A stretch of DNA of 64,000 nucleotides from Rhodosorus marinus CCMP1338 (lineage: Eukaryota; Plantae; Rhodophyta): contig JAMWBK010000005.1 in assembly GCA_029953675.1 (NCBI GenBank), positions 1,612,001 through 1,676,000 of the forward strand, in the 5' to 3' direction. Of this stretch, positions 12,949 to 25,243 are shown piece by piece. Made by a program: the position numbers and the translations under genes. The stretch's first letter is position 1. Every line of letters begins with the position of its first letter. Below the pieces are notes generated by a model. The model was given only the letters and a program-made list of their open reading frames with translations, searched no databases and was not told the DNA's origin.

Positions 12949-13472
12949 CTTGAAACTACACTACAACGGGACCCGATCGATGATCAATGGTTGTCAAGCG
13001 ACCTCCGTAGCGTTCAATATGTCAGAGAGTCATTAGCAAGCTTATCCGTGGCTGTTACAGGACACATGGTCATGATCATAGTCGATGGTTGTCAACCGAT
13101 GTAAAGATCTTGTTTCTCACTGCAATGAAGGTAGCTCCTTTCCTATTTTCCGAAGTGATGCCGTCAAGTGCCACATCCACTCCCGGACCTTCTTGCGACC
13201 GACCTCTGCACTAGGCGACACTCTCCGGCGCAGAATGTGAAGGACCTGGAAGGGCAAGCATCTACATTTCAGAGATCAACTTCCGGTTTCCTTGAGACTG
13301 AAGTCCAACAAGACCCGGCAATTGATCGATTGTTGTAGAACGATCACCGCAGCGTGGTTCTTGTGATGGTGAGGCCCGGTGCAAAGTCATTTAGCAAGCT
13401 CGGTGCTAACCCGAACAGGACATGGCCATCGGTCATGATTGTCAACAACTTGTTTCTTACTGTACTGAAGGT
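12949..13472. repeat. degenerate direct duplication of a ~183 bp unit (12949-13132 and 13291-13472)
   Basis: Shared blocks in the same order: cattagcaagctt/catttagcaagctc, acaggacacatggtcat/acaggacatggccat, cttgtttctcactgcaatgaaggt/cttgtttcttactgtactgaaggt. Confidence 0.6.
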
Positions 13473-14245
13473 GTAACAAAGCTGCTTCTCTGTAAGCCGT
13501 AACCAACGGATCAACAGTTAGCTTCTGGCGGCTGCGAATATGTGCAAGCTTGCTCCTCATCTTCTTCATCTTCCAAATTTGAGATTTCGAGGCTCTTGAC
13601 TGGATTTCTTTACGCGACCACACGCACTGCGTAGGCTAGGACCTCTCTTTCCTAGTCTCCATCGAGGAGAGCACGTCGTTTGTTCTCTGAACGCGATTCA
13701 TGCAGTGCTGAGGGACACACATAGGAGCATAGCTGTTCAGTGCCAGTTTCGAGCCCTGGAAGCCGAGGATGACCGTTCCAAGACTGCTTGGATAATCTTC
13801 TGAGTGTCAACAGCGAGCGGCAAACGACGAGAAGAACTCTGCAAAGTTAAAACAAGGAATTTAATCTCGATCATAGCTTTTTGGGTAGGGGCCGTTCTGT
13901 AACCAGCTCAACACGAACGGACGTCCTTCAGAAGTCTTGAGCTGCATGGTTACCTAGCATCTGCTTGGGCCTTCCTTGCGACAAAGACTTAATACGGAGC
14001 ATCTGCTTCCATCAATTCAGTCACAAAAAAGTGGTTTGCAATAAAAATTCGCTTTTTACATTGACACGTCCACAACCACGGTTCTAACAATTTTGCGCTT
14101 ATATGTACTTCCGGTAAACGCCGCTTCCTCTTCTCTCGACTTGAGCATGCGGGTCGGCGATGTGGCTGGCCATCTATTCCGTATTGAGGCGAAGCAGCGG
14201 TTTCCGCACTCGGAGAATCTCGGTAACTCAAGTCGCAGTCCCCTT

Positions 14246-15754
14246 CTAACCCTCGTCAAGAAGTCTATGGAAGTTACTGTAGCTGGACTCCAAGTCGAAC
14301 AAGAGTTGTCGTACCTACAGGATAGTCGAAAAAAAGGGCTACAGGGTCAATAAGCAGCCCAAATGTCATCCCTGAACTACTAGCTTGCAACGGTTTCAAA
14401 ATTACGTCCTCATCGCTCAAGTTCTCACTGGCTTTCATGCTGCTGAACTTGGTAAGCCACGCCTTTAACTTGACCTTTCCCTCAAAATCGGGTGGTAAAA
14501 AGCTCAGCTTGTTGAGATGCCTGCACGACAAGAGACAAGAACGAATTAGCCGAAATACCGTGTGTGAGAAAGAACTAGTCCTTCAACGTCGAAAACAGCG
14601 CCTACTCCAAAATATCTAGAAGATGTGGCTGAACTTCATCCACAGCCGTGAAATTCAGTCTCAAATTGTCTGTCGCGGAAATGAAGCAGTGTACAGCTTT
14701 CCCAACTCTAGCGCTTTCCCCTTGCGTTCTTTGAACAGCTGCACCCTCTCCGAAAACCACTGTCCCGGGTATTGGCGTCTCGAGTAATCTCGTTATCGCC
14801 GAATTCGCCCCCATGTTATACTCTTCAATAAACCTGTATGAGCATCGGAACACGACGGTGAGAAATCTTGCACGCAAATATTTCATCAATCAGCCCAGCC
14901 CTTTAAGTCTGCCATTCGCCCACCTCCTAATGTCCGGTACGAATTCCTTCACTACATCCTTCGTTGCCTTAAATCTGTTGATTAGTTTCCAGCATTCGGA
15001 CTCATAATCCTCATCCTCGATGAAATTTCTCCTCCATGCCGTCTCCAAGTGCTCTACCGCCGTAATGATTGAAAAAAGATCAGCCATGTCCTTATACTCC
15101 TTTTCCATTTGGTGATTCTAACCGTAGCAAAAGCAACAGAAGAGAGCGCGCGAGTCAGTACCAGCGAAAAAACCACGGGGGGATCATTTGGCCACCTCAA
15201 AGTAGAGATTGACGGTTCTGGAGTCGAAAGGTATCCAAGACAGTACGTACTTCGTAAAGTTCGACATGCTTGCCAAGCCGAGAATTCTTCCGCGCCCCGG
15301 TGGAGTCTGGAGCTCCCCCATAAGCGATGTGGTTGAGAAAACCAGAACTCGGCGTTGGTTGATTTGTACTGGGCTCGCCATCTATAGGCTCCGATTGGCG
15401 ACGCTGCGCGGGAGCTCCAACCGGATAGGGCATCCCCATGGGCATATCATTTGTACTATACAGTTCTCCCCATAGGCCTTCCGATGATTGTTGTGAAGGC
15501 GGTGCTGGTCTATGTGTAGGTTGCCTGTAGATATTGATAAATCCAACGGAAAATGAATACTTCCAGAAAACCCGTATTGTGCATCTCTGGTAAGACTATT
15601 CTTGACGTGACGCAAAAAAATATAGAACTTACCCATGCATTGGCATCGATGCAGACAACGGGACAGGCGGTGGGTAGCCACCACGCGGTGGATTTCCGTG
15701 ATTCCCTTGTACTCCCCCATAGATGTCTCTACTGGACCCATTAGAACCATTCAT
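14246..15754 (-). CDS. VPS28: ESCRT-I subunit Vps28 with Pro/Gly-rich N-terminal extension (about 6 exons)
   Basis: Spliced reading: KHVELYE-NHQMEKEYKDMADLFSII..HLETAW; FISATDNLRLNFTAVDEVQPHL; LPPDFEGKVKLKAWL; VRQLLFDLESSYSNFHRLLDEG*. The start (MNGSNG, 15754) is inferred from in-frame GT-AG joins. Confidence 0.88.
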
Positions 15755-16249
15755 CTCCGCCAGAAACTCGAGCAAGAAAAAACAAACACAGGTACGTGGA
15801 AACAACCTCGACCCTTCTGCTCTAAAACAGAAAAACCTCCAAAATCACCAACCAGCAGTAGCAAAAAGCTTCACACAGCTCCTTCGATTTCAAGCGACAA
15901 CAAGTTTAAACACCTCAAAAAAAAGAAAAAAGAAACACCCAGTTCAACACACCCCTTCCCTCTCTTTTCCCCGGACAAAAGCCACACACCAGACGCCCCA
16001 ACTCCTTTCCAGTTTCGACCCAAAAACAAAACAGAACCAAATGACAAAACTAACCGTAAGAAACGCCAAAATGGACGAGTACCAGGCTCACCATTCGCTT
16101 CTTCTTCGTACTTGGAAAAGACTAGCTCTTCTCCTAAGCTCCCCTAACCATCTCTGAGATCATTACAGCACCCACTCCATCTTTATAGAAGCCCAAAAGT
16201 TGCAAACAGCCCAAAAAGTTCATATCTTCAAATACTCGAATTCAAAAGA

Positions 16250-16372
16250 CAGGCTGTCTATCCAAACAAAAATATGAATAATATTCTGACTAGATTCATC
16301 CATTACGACGTTTTTGGATTCTATTAGCGGACTAGATTTCATATTAATTGTTTTTATTTTTATTTTTCGATG
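16250..16372. promoter_or_regulatory. AT-rich putative bidirectional promoter
   Basis: Sharp AT-rich island upstream of VPS28 (minus), flanked by G/T-rich leader-like tracts on each outgoing strand. Confidence 0.35.
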
Positions 16373-17698
16373 AATGGTCGTTTGCTTGGTCGGAGTAAGG
16401 TTTGGAGTGGCGGGGGGTGGGGATTTGCTTGGGGTGATTGGGTTAGAAGAGAGGTGGATGATCAGAAATGAGCTTCACAACCTGTTTTCCTTCACAAGCC
16501 ACGTCTTGTCTAGCGCTGCTTTGTCTTCCCGGACTTTGGTGGGAACAGGCATCGGCCTATTGGCGGTGAGAGGTTTGAGATAGGTTTGAAAAATACCCTT
16601 CTCATTCTGTTCGCTCTGAAAAAGCACACACCTTGTGCAGTGGGTCATTCTAACATCCTGGCTGAGGAGTAGACTTTATGTGGGCGCAACGCTGAAGTGA
16701 TCCCTGTGGTGTAACCGGTACCCTGTCCCGAAGAAATTTCCTCAGTGCTTTCAGAGTCTTGAGCACTGGGTGAATCTAGGAGCTCATGCGAAACTTAGCA
16801 AAAAAAAAGAAGGGTAGGACTAAACGCTTGCTTCTCGCTTCTCCTGGTAGTTAGGCTCTGAATCAACGGAAGAAGACTAAATATCTCAGAGTGGTTTGAG
16901 GCCTGATGACGCCGCTATACTTGCTCAGGTAGGAAGGTCGCGATCCCATAGCCTTTGAGCGTTTTGCAGCGCATGCTAAACGCTGATTGGGTGGAATCGG
17001 TAATGATTTTTGTTCATGCTAATTTCGAAAACTGTTTTTGTGAGGTGGGGGGGCCGGGTAGGGGGCTATAGGATCTCTCGCGCCAAAGCAGGATGAGCCT
17101 TGAGGCCAATGGTATGCAATGACTCGTTTTGGGACGGTATCCTCTCACAACGAAACGAAATCGATTGCTCTTTTGTTGACACTGAAATAATCTGTCTCCG
17201 CACCTTGCATCATGTACTTTGCGTGTGTTCAACGAAACTAGACTGCCCTGGAATGCCCAAGGTTGGAAACCTGTGTTAAAGCTTTTGCCTGTTCACGATG
17301 GCCTTCAGTGGTCACCCAAGAGCTACGGGCGACCATTAGGAGAGTAGCTGAGGAAGATCCGAATTGTCCGAACGAGCAGACCACAGCGAACCCCGAGGAT
17401 GAAAAAGAGAATACTAAGCAACAGTGATGGCTTAGTGATTTCAAAGTCACTTTCTGTCCTGAAGTACAAGCCCGTTCGCGTTCGGGTTGAAACGTGACAC
17501 GCAAAGAATTCGGGCCTCGTCGCAATCGGGAATGAAGCGGTCTATTTAGGTAAACGACACCGGTGCAGAAGAAATCAAAAACACGAGCTAGGCTTGTGGA
17601 GGGTCGCTGCATGGTCCACATGAGCGCGCATAAAGGCTATTCCCACAGTGCTCACTACGTCGCGGGTATTGAATATGGAGTCATTAGATTCTTTTTAC

Positions 17699-19160
17699 TT
17701 AGTTCTCGTCGAGCGCAGCAACTCCCGGAAGGACCTTGCCCTCCAAGAGCTCGAGCGACGCACCTCCTCCGGTGGAGATGTGGCTCATCTTCTCGGCCAA
17801 ACCAGCCTTCTCTACAGCTGCAACGGAGTCACCTCCTCCAATGATGGTGGTGCATCCCTTTCCAGTGAGCTCAGCGAGGGTGTCAGCGATATCGAAAGTG
17901 CCCTTGGCGAACGCCTCGAATTCGAACACTCCCATGGGACCTACGCGTAAAAAAACATTCGTCAGATTCTTCCTGATGTTTCAATCTTGACGTTATCGGC
18001 GAGCAGAGTCTTCTTATTACCATTCCAGATCACAGTCTTGCACTCAGAAAGCTTCTCCTGGATCATCTTCGTGGACTCAGGGCCGTTGTCAAGTCCCATC
18101 CAGCCGTCAGGGATATCTTCGACGGACACAACTTTGGTGTTGGCGTCAGCAGAGAAGGCATCGGCAATGACCACATCAGTCGGCAGAATGAACTCAACTC
18201 CCTTCTCAGCAGCCTTCGCCTCCAGCTCCTTGGCGAGGTCGAGCTTGTCTTCCTCTACGAGCGAGGATCCAACGTTCAAGCCCCTGGCCTTGAGGAAAGT
18301 GAACACCATTCCTCCGCCAATGATGAGCTTGTCAACCTGGGCCAAACACAACCGCGAAACACAAGTTGGGGATGTGAGGCTCTGATCTGGGAACAATAAC
18401 AGACAAAGAACCCGCTTACCTTGGCGAGGAGCGACTCGATGACTCCGATCTTCGAAGACACCTTCGATCCACCAACAATGGCAGCGAACGGCCGGGCGGG
18501 GTTGGAGACAGTACCCTCCAAATAGTCCAATTCCTTCTGGAGGAGGAACCCAGAGACTGAGGGCTTCAGGAACTCAGTCACGCCAGCGGTGGATCCATGG
18601 GCTCTGTGAGCAGTTCCAAAAGCGTCGTTGACGAACATGTCTGCGTTAGCGGCCAACTTCTCGGCGAACTCAGGGTCATTCTTCTCCTCCTCCTTGTAGA
18701 AACGGACGTTCTCGAGCAGGGTGACGGAACCATCGTCCATGGAGCTCACGATCGACGTGACCTCCTCGCCAACGCAGTCGGGAGCCATGGTGACGTCCAC
18801 CCCGAGGAGCTCAGTCAGTCTGGAGGCAACAGGCTTGAGGGAGAACTTCTCCTCAGGGCCAGACTTCGGACGGCCAAGATGAGAGCTGAGGATGACCTTG
18901 GCTCCGTTCTTCATGAGGTACTCAATGGTCGGGACGGAGGCACGGACACGGGTGTCATCGGTGATCGTTGCACCATCCAAAGGCACGTTGAGGTCACATC
19001 GCACCAGAACCTTCTTTCCGGCCAGATCTTCACCGCTGAGGTCACCGACAGATTTCTTCGCCATCATGGTGACGGTAGCCGGGCGTGCAGCTCGCGCACG
19101 CGTCGAAAGCCCCTTCGGACGCATGAACGAACCGTTTGCAACAACCTGAACGAAAGCCAT
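17699..19160 (-). CDS. PGK: plastid phosphoglycerate kinase (3 exons)
   Basis: MAFVQ... transit peptide, then [75 protein letters not shown]. Confidence 0.97.
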
Positions 19161-19949
19161 CTCTCCTCTTCACAGCAAATACTTCAATTGAAAAAAAATC
19201 TGCAAATCCAAATCCGCCGTGAGTCTCCTACTCAGATCCTGACCTGTGGGTCTGCCAGTAGATCTGCAGCTGAAGGATCCAGGCTCCTAATATACCCACC
19301 CCACTGAAAAGCCTCCTGGACAAAGCGATCGGCACAAACCCTTTCGTCACCGCTCCACCAACGTCCAACCAAACCACCCCCTTCCCCTGACCTCCGCAGA
19401 AGCCATGGATTGTAATTCTCTCAACAATTAAGAAGGATTTTCGCCGCATCCTTTCGATTCTGATGAAGGGGGTAAAAAGCATGAAATCGATCCTAGATCA
19501 CCCTTGTCTTTTCATGGCGCACCGAAAAACCCCAAAGCACTCTCCAAGAAACTCGCCTTGCTATCCGCTCGCTTCTGTTCCGCAATACTTCGTCACAGAT
19601 GATTGGACAATACAGATCGAAGCCATTCAATGGTTGGTCAATACTAATCTCCACGCAATCCACAACCGTTTTCTTTGGTTCGCGCTGCTTCTCAATTTAG
19701 ATTTTTTTCGTTATCCTTACCACTTGGATGCCTCTGATTTTCCTCCTCAAAAAATATTCCATTAAACTGGCAATTTAGGAAAGCACCCACCGACCCCTTC
19801 TCCTCCACAACCTCTCTAACACACCCCCCGAAAAAGTCCGATCCACCAGGAAACTCCGGGGGAAAACAGCACTTAATCATTTTTTCGCATAGCTTTTTTT
19901 TTTCGTATACACTTGGCAGGGTAAAGTAGACGAATAACAATCACAAAAA

Positions 19950-20350
19950 TCATTATATTAATAAATATTTAAGCCTTTGGGATATAGAATCAAAAATTTA
20001 ACAAAGGGTAAAATCAAGATCGCTAAATATCGGCTAAAATCAGTTGGGATTTTATTGACGTAGCCTAGGGAGGGGGAATTAAGATGTAAATATTCATCTT
20101 TTTAAATCAATAACCTTTGCTACGGTTTGACAACGTTTTTGTGGCAGGGGTGAAAGTTGCTAACTGCTGAAAACGACTGGAGATAATTTTAATAATGTAT
20201 TTGAGAAGAAAATAGATGGATCTTTCTCTGAACGTATTGATGTCCACTCGAAGCGATCAATATTCGTTAATTTATTTGCTAAAGCTGGTGTTGTCGAGCC
20301 ATTGGATTTTCTGGGTTTTTGCTGGTTAAAAATCTTTGATTAAGGGAAGG
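19950..20350. promoter_or_regulatory. AT-rich intergenic region between divergent PGK and HST
   Basis: Composition drops to AT-rich between two divergently oriented genes; no specific motif identified. Confidence 0.3.
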
Positions 20351-21250
20351 ATTTTCGTGTATTGGCTGTGATTTCTGGTGTCGCTCACAACAGGGAAAAA
20401 GAGTTCGTCGAACAACTTGGGACAAAATCCATGTCCGTAGAGTTCCATAGCGTTTGACGCAAAAGTTGATTTCAAGAACAGTCAGTAATCGATTCGGCCT
20501 AACCCAGATGCGTCAGCGCACTCGCAGACTTTCGCTGCTTCTCTGGGTCGGGCATGAGGTTGCTTCAGATATGTAGGAAACCTCAGCTGTGACGACGAAA
20601 ACTTCCGCCTTCGCAGGATACCGGTGATGAGCCCCTCGAAGCCTTTTCGAAAACTCGCCGAAGTGTGTCTGTGTCTCCCTTCACGAAGTTCACTCGCTCT
20701 TCTCATTGCGTATGACCTTCTTCTCCTCGTTTCCTCTCCGGAGAAGCTTTTTGTTTGGTAGCTTGCAGGGGGGTCAGTGAGATTGTGCGAGCCGCCGCAA
20801 GGGCTTCAATGCATCTCGAGGACGAATTGTGGGAGTGAATGCATCTATCTTCTGGTAAACATGTGGTCCGATCGATTTGCTTTTGTCTAAATTCGTCAAA
20901 TCGTTCGGTGTTAAAGCCGAAGCAGCGTTCCCGAGCCCACTCCCTTTTTTGTGTTTTATCTCTACGGCCGGAGATCGAGTAGGAACCGTTCGATAGCTGT
21001 TCCAGAGGCTGGGAGTGCACAAGTTTCGGGAGACAGTTCCGGGCTTTTGTGGAAAAGGAGAGGGAAGGTTAAGGAGTTTCTTAGCACTTGTTGATGCCGT
21101 ATAAGGCCAGGTAAAGGTAACCATCTTTGAGGTGTTGTTCACCGGCGACCACTGAGTTCGTCTGAGGGTATAGCGAGTTCTGTGCGGAAGAGATTGCCGC
21201 TTTTGAATCCGGAAGCGGAGTGTAGTTTTCGGATAGTACGACCAAGCAAT

Positions 21251-22297
21251 ATGTCTTTCAGCGGCTTTGTTGCACCTGCTTACGGGGCTCGACCCATCGC
21301 ACCATCGAAGAAATGTTCTGCTAGGACCCTGGCTTGGAATACAACGCGCGTGCGAATGACAGTTTCTGGGGACGGGGGTGCGGCCCGGGAGCAGAAGAGT
21401 CTGGGCAGTCTTGTCAAGTCTGTGAACAAGTTCACACGGCCGCATACAATCAGAGGAACAATCCTGGGAGCATTTGCTGGATGTACGAAGGCTTTGGTTG
21501 AGAATTCTTCCGCGATCGACTGGGGACTTATTCCGACCGCGGTCATGGGGTTGGTTGCGCTTCTTTGTGGAAACGCGTATATCGTGGGAATCAATCAGAT
21601 CTATGATATTGACATCGACAAGGTGAACAAGCCGTTCTTGCCGCTTGCCTCCGGCGAGATGAACAAGACCGTTGCGTGGACGGTAGTCCTCGCAAGTCTT
21701 GCCTGTGGCATGGCGATCGTGTACAGATTTTACTCAAGTTTGATCTTCAAGTTGTATAGCTTTGGGCTTCTGCTCGGCACAATCTACTCCGTGCCACCGT
21801 TCCACTTGAAGCGCTTCCCGGTCCTTGCTGCTTTGATTATCTCCACAGTTCGAGGATTTCTTCTTAACTTTGGTGTATATCATGCGACTTGCGCTGCTCT
21901 GAAAGTTCCCTTTGGTTGGAATGTGCCGATTGCCTTCCTCGCGACATTTATGACGTTGTTTGCTGTCGTGATTGCGCTGTCGAAGGATATTCCCGACATC
22001 GAAGGGGACCGGACTGGCAACGTGGAAACTTTCTCAACTAGGCTTGGTCCACGTAGAATGGTACAGACAGTTACTAACCTGTTAACTGCAAACTATATGA
22101 TGGCGATTGGTGTAGCGCTCAGGTTTCCCACACAGGTGAGAGCGCCGGTGATGATCGCCGCCCACCTTGCCATGCTCGTGTCGCTGAGGATCCGATCTAC
22201 CAAGGTGGAATATGAATCCAAAGAAGGCGTTAAGAAGTTCTACGCGTTCATTTGGCTTCTATTCTATCTGGAGTACATGTTATTCCCATTTTTGTAA
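21251..22297 (+). CDS. HST: homogentisate solanesyltransferase (UbiA prenyltransferase, plastoquinone synthesis)
   Basis: MSFSGFV transit peptide, then FTRPHTIRGT, GNAYIVGINQIYDIDIDKVNKPFLP, YSVPPFHLKRFP, KDIPDIEGD, FIWLLFYLEY. Intronless ORF. Confidence 0.9.
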   Translation: MSFSGFVAPAYGARPIAPSKKCSARTLAWNTTRVRMTVSGDGGAAREQKSLGSLVKSVNKFTRPHTIRGTILGAFAGCTKALVENSSAIDWGLIPTAVMGLVALLCGNAYIVGINQIYDIDIDKVNKPFLPLASGEMNKTVAWTVVLASLACGMAIVYRFYSSLIFKLYSFGLLLGTIYSVPPFHLKRFPVLAALIISTVRGFLLNFGVYHATCAALKVPFGWNVPIAFLATFMTLFAVVIALSKDIPDIEGDRTGNVETFSTRLGPRRMVQTVTNLLTANYMMAIGVALRFPTQVRAPVMIAAHLAMLVSLRIRSTKVEYESKEGVKKFYAFIWLLFYLEYMLFPFL

Positions 22298-24261
22298 ATT
22301 GCGAAACATCATTGCTGCCGGGAGGGTAGCCATATCTTGTTAGGAAAACTGAATATCGCACTCTGGAAAGGGTCTTTATGCCAATCCGCTTAAGCCGCGC
22401 CATTTCGCTAGCAACTACCGCAAAGTATGAGAATACGCAGTTCATCAATGTGATCCCTGAGTGTTATACCAGAAGCGACTACTGGATATGAACAGAGATC
22501 GTCTCTCAAACCAGACCTCCCCGAAAGCAGTGCCGGGACATGCAGCATGTGCCAATCACAGTGCTCTGGCAGAAAACAACTTGAGCTTTTTAGAACCCAG
22601 CGTCTCTGAGAAGCCTGATTGGGGAAGGAGCTGCAAGAATCATACGCTCGGTCTGCTTAGGTGCGTGATGAGCTCCCGAGGGCGCAATCAGCATTCTCCC
22701 CGCAAGCACAGTTGATTGACAGGACCACTTATCTTACCCTCCAACCCTGAAGCTGGAGAATCTACCACTGCGGATCACAACTACTTATCCAATCCAGAAC
22801 ACAGCTATATCGTATTTTACCTCAGACCCACAATTTACCTTCGAATTTTATAAGATTTAAACACCCATAATACTATAGAATCACCGAGCTCAGCTTATAT
22901 TGAATGTTATAAATTTTATTAACCGTGCGGAAAAATATCTGCGACCGACGGTGAAAAAAACCTAAACCCCCCGAAAGACTTTCCCTCGCGATCTGTCCCG
23001 CGCTCCTCTTTCCCCCCCCCCCGGCCCCCGGCCCTCTGGATCCGAGACCTTCAGCAATAAAAAAAAAGTCAACTTATTTGAATTTTCATACCTGTTTCTC
23101 TCAACGAACACGAAAGATCACCGGGGTTGCTGGGAAGGATTTGTAAGGGTAAGAAGAAATATCCAATCACAACATCAAGATATTGATTGAATAGTCAATA
23201 TGTATTTGTCCAGAGAAAACTTTTGCATAGGAATAGGCCAAAAAATTCGTGTCGTATGTATGAATGAATCCGGCTCCCCTGGATCAGCAGCGTCAAGGAG
23301 AGGGAACTCCTTTTGTGGGGCTTTTTTCGAGGGGGGGAAGCGCGGTGTCAGTTGTGTGGATAACGGGGTCAACTTATTTTTCATTACTATTTTAATAGTT
23401 TGAGGTGAGGTCGTCGAGATCATCTCAAAAACTGAGATTTTTGTAGGGGTAGGCCTCGAGGTGTTAGAATACTGTTTATAAGTCATCTGCTAGGGGAAAT
23501 AAATAACCGGTGGTTGCAGTCATTATTTAATGAACAAAAATATAAATTTACTATATCAGTCATTATTTTATATGACAGTAAAGTATGGCAGCCGGTTTTT
23601 TCTTTGGCATTTGGGGTTCGCTTGAGATCTCTCTCACAGAAACACGGAATTGATAAGATGAGCACCCACAAGAAAGAGGTGGGGGCGGGGGGGGTTAGGT
23701 TTAGCAAGACGAAGTCCATCCCTCCCCAAAGCACAGCCCACTAAAAGCACAATGGGGTAACTACTTTTACCAAGTTTTCTAATATTTTAATTTAATAAGA
23801 ATATAGAGGTATTTTGATTTGATTTCGATGTTGGACTATGAAAGCTTGAGGATCTCCCCCCCTAAGGTGGCTCTTGTGGATGATGGGACAGGTCGTGGTG
23901 AAGAAGTCAGAAAGAAAAGGGAGGGGGGGGGGAAGGGGACTAGGCGTTGGAAGGAAGTTTGTTTTTCGCGGAAATACTGAAGGTTTACCTGAAATAGTGA
24001 TTTGTGGGAATAATTTTCATGGTTCGGGGTGGGAAGTCTAAATGTTCTTTTATGGATTCCTGGAAGCGGACGTAAAAGCTGTGTGCTAGTCGGTACTGAT
24101 GAAGAGGCGGGTGAGGGCGTAGCGTAGGGGGGGGAGGGGGATTCGGTTGTGGTCTGTTATTTGTTGTAGCAGCTTTTCTGTTTTCGTTTTTTTTGAAAGG
24201 GACCTGCAGCCTGTCAGTGACTGTGTTTTTTTTCGGGGGGAAGTAGGAAGAAAAAGGAAAT

Positions 24262-24983
24262 ATGAATCCCGCTCTTTGTGTGACTGCGGCGAAGACCGCT
24301 GTGGTTCCTGCCATCATGACCGGTGTTGCTTTGACGGCCGATCAGACCATTGAATTGCCTCAGGTAGGTCAAGCGCTGCGTCTTGTAGAGGTCTGGGAGA
24401 GTGGGGGGGGTCGGGATTGCTTGTTGATTGGTGTGTGGAATGTGGGAGTGACCGTAGTCTGTCTGACTGATTGCATGGGATTAGAATTCGAAGTCGGACC
24501 CCAACAGTAATCTCCCAGGAGATTACTGCTGGGACCTTGGGTTCAATGTGTAAGGGAACTCTTTGATTCTGCGGCTTACGTTGGTTTGTCTTTGCCTGTG
24601 TTTAGTTTCTCAAGATCAAGCTTCCCGGTATCGGTGAGGTGAACTTCGAGTTGCCGAAGATCAATTTGCCCGACTTGCCCGGTACGGGCGGTGCCGAGAA
24701 GGAAGCTGCTACCTACGTTGATGACAACCCGAACGCGGCGGCTAGCAAGCCAAAAGCAGCGGCCCCGAAGCCTTCCAAGAAGGCCGGGGGCCCGACAATT
24801 AAGGTTGGCGGCAAGTCGGCAGCTGGTTCGGCCCCGACGCTCGATGATCTGAAGAGGAGCGCTGGTAAGAACGTGACAACCGTTTCTATCGATACTAGTG
24901 GGGCAGAGTACCAGAAGTTCCCAGTACGCAGACTGCCGGGGAAAAACATGTCTTCATACCTCGACATGGCGCGTGATTTGTAG
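24262..24983 (+). CDS. uncharacterised Ala/Lys/Pro-rich protein (2 exons)
   Basis: Exon 24262-24363 joins exon 24615-24983 in frame through a GT-AG intron. The protein ends EYQKFPVRRLPGKNMSSYLDMARDL. The true start is uncertain. Confidence 0.6.
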
Positions 24984-25243
24984 ATCCGAATTCCATTCCC
25001 ACCAAAAATAGTTTTAAGTGAAAGGCGCACGTGAGTGCGCTGCAATTCATATCTACAAGGAAGAGTTCCAGCGCTGAAACCGGAGAGCTGCTACGCACAA
25101 AGTGTGTCGCAGCCAGACAAGTAAAAACCTTACTTCATTTGAGAATAATCGGGCTTTCAGTTAACTAGCTTTGATATGGGCGAGGAGCTCTCTACCAAAG
25201 CCGCGAGTCTCTGATCGTACCTAGAGTCCTTGACGATGCAGAC

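Noticed and set aside
14274-14531. ORF resembling a retrotransposon gag (PPDFEG..WL.KF)
   Set aside because: It is the C-terminal domain of Vps28.
16903-16960. CTGATGA suggesting a hammerhead ribozyme core
   Set aside because: No matching GAAA element or closing stems found.
18597-19307. Long + strand ORFs over PGK (also antisense ORFs over HST and the WNK-like gene)
   Set aside because: Antisense shadows of biased-codon genes; no recognisable motifs.
20482-21200. Minus-strand ORFs upstream of HST
   Set aside because: No consistent spliced model or family motif; may be UTR or shadow ORFs.
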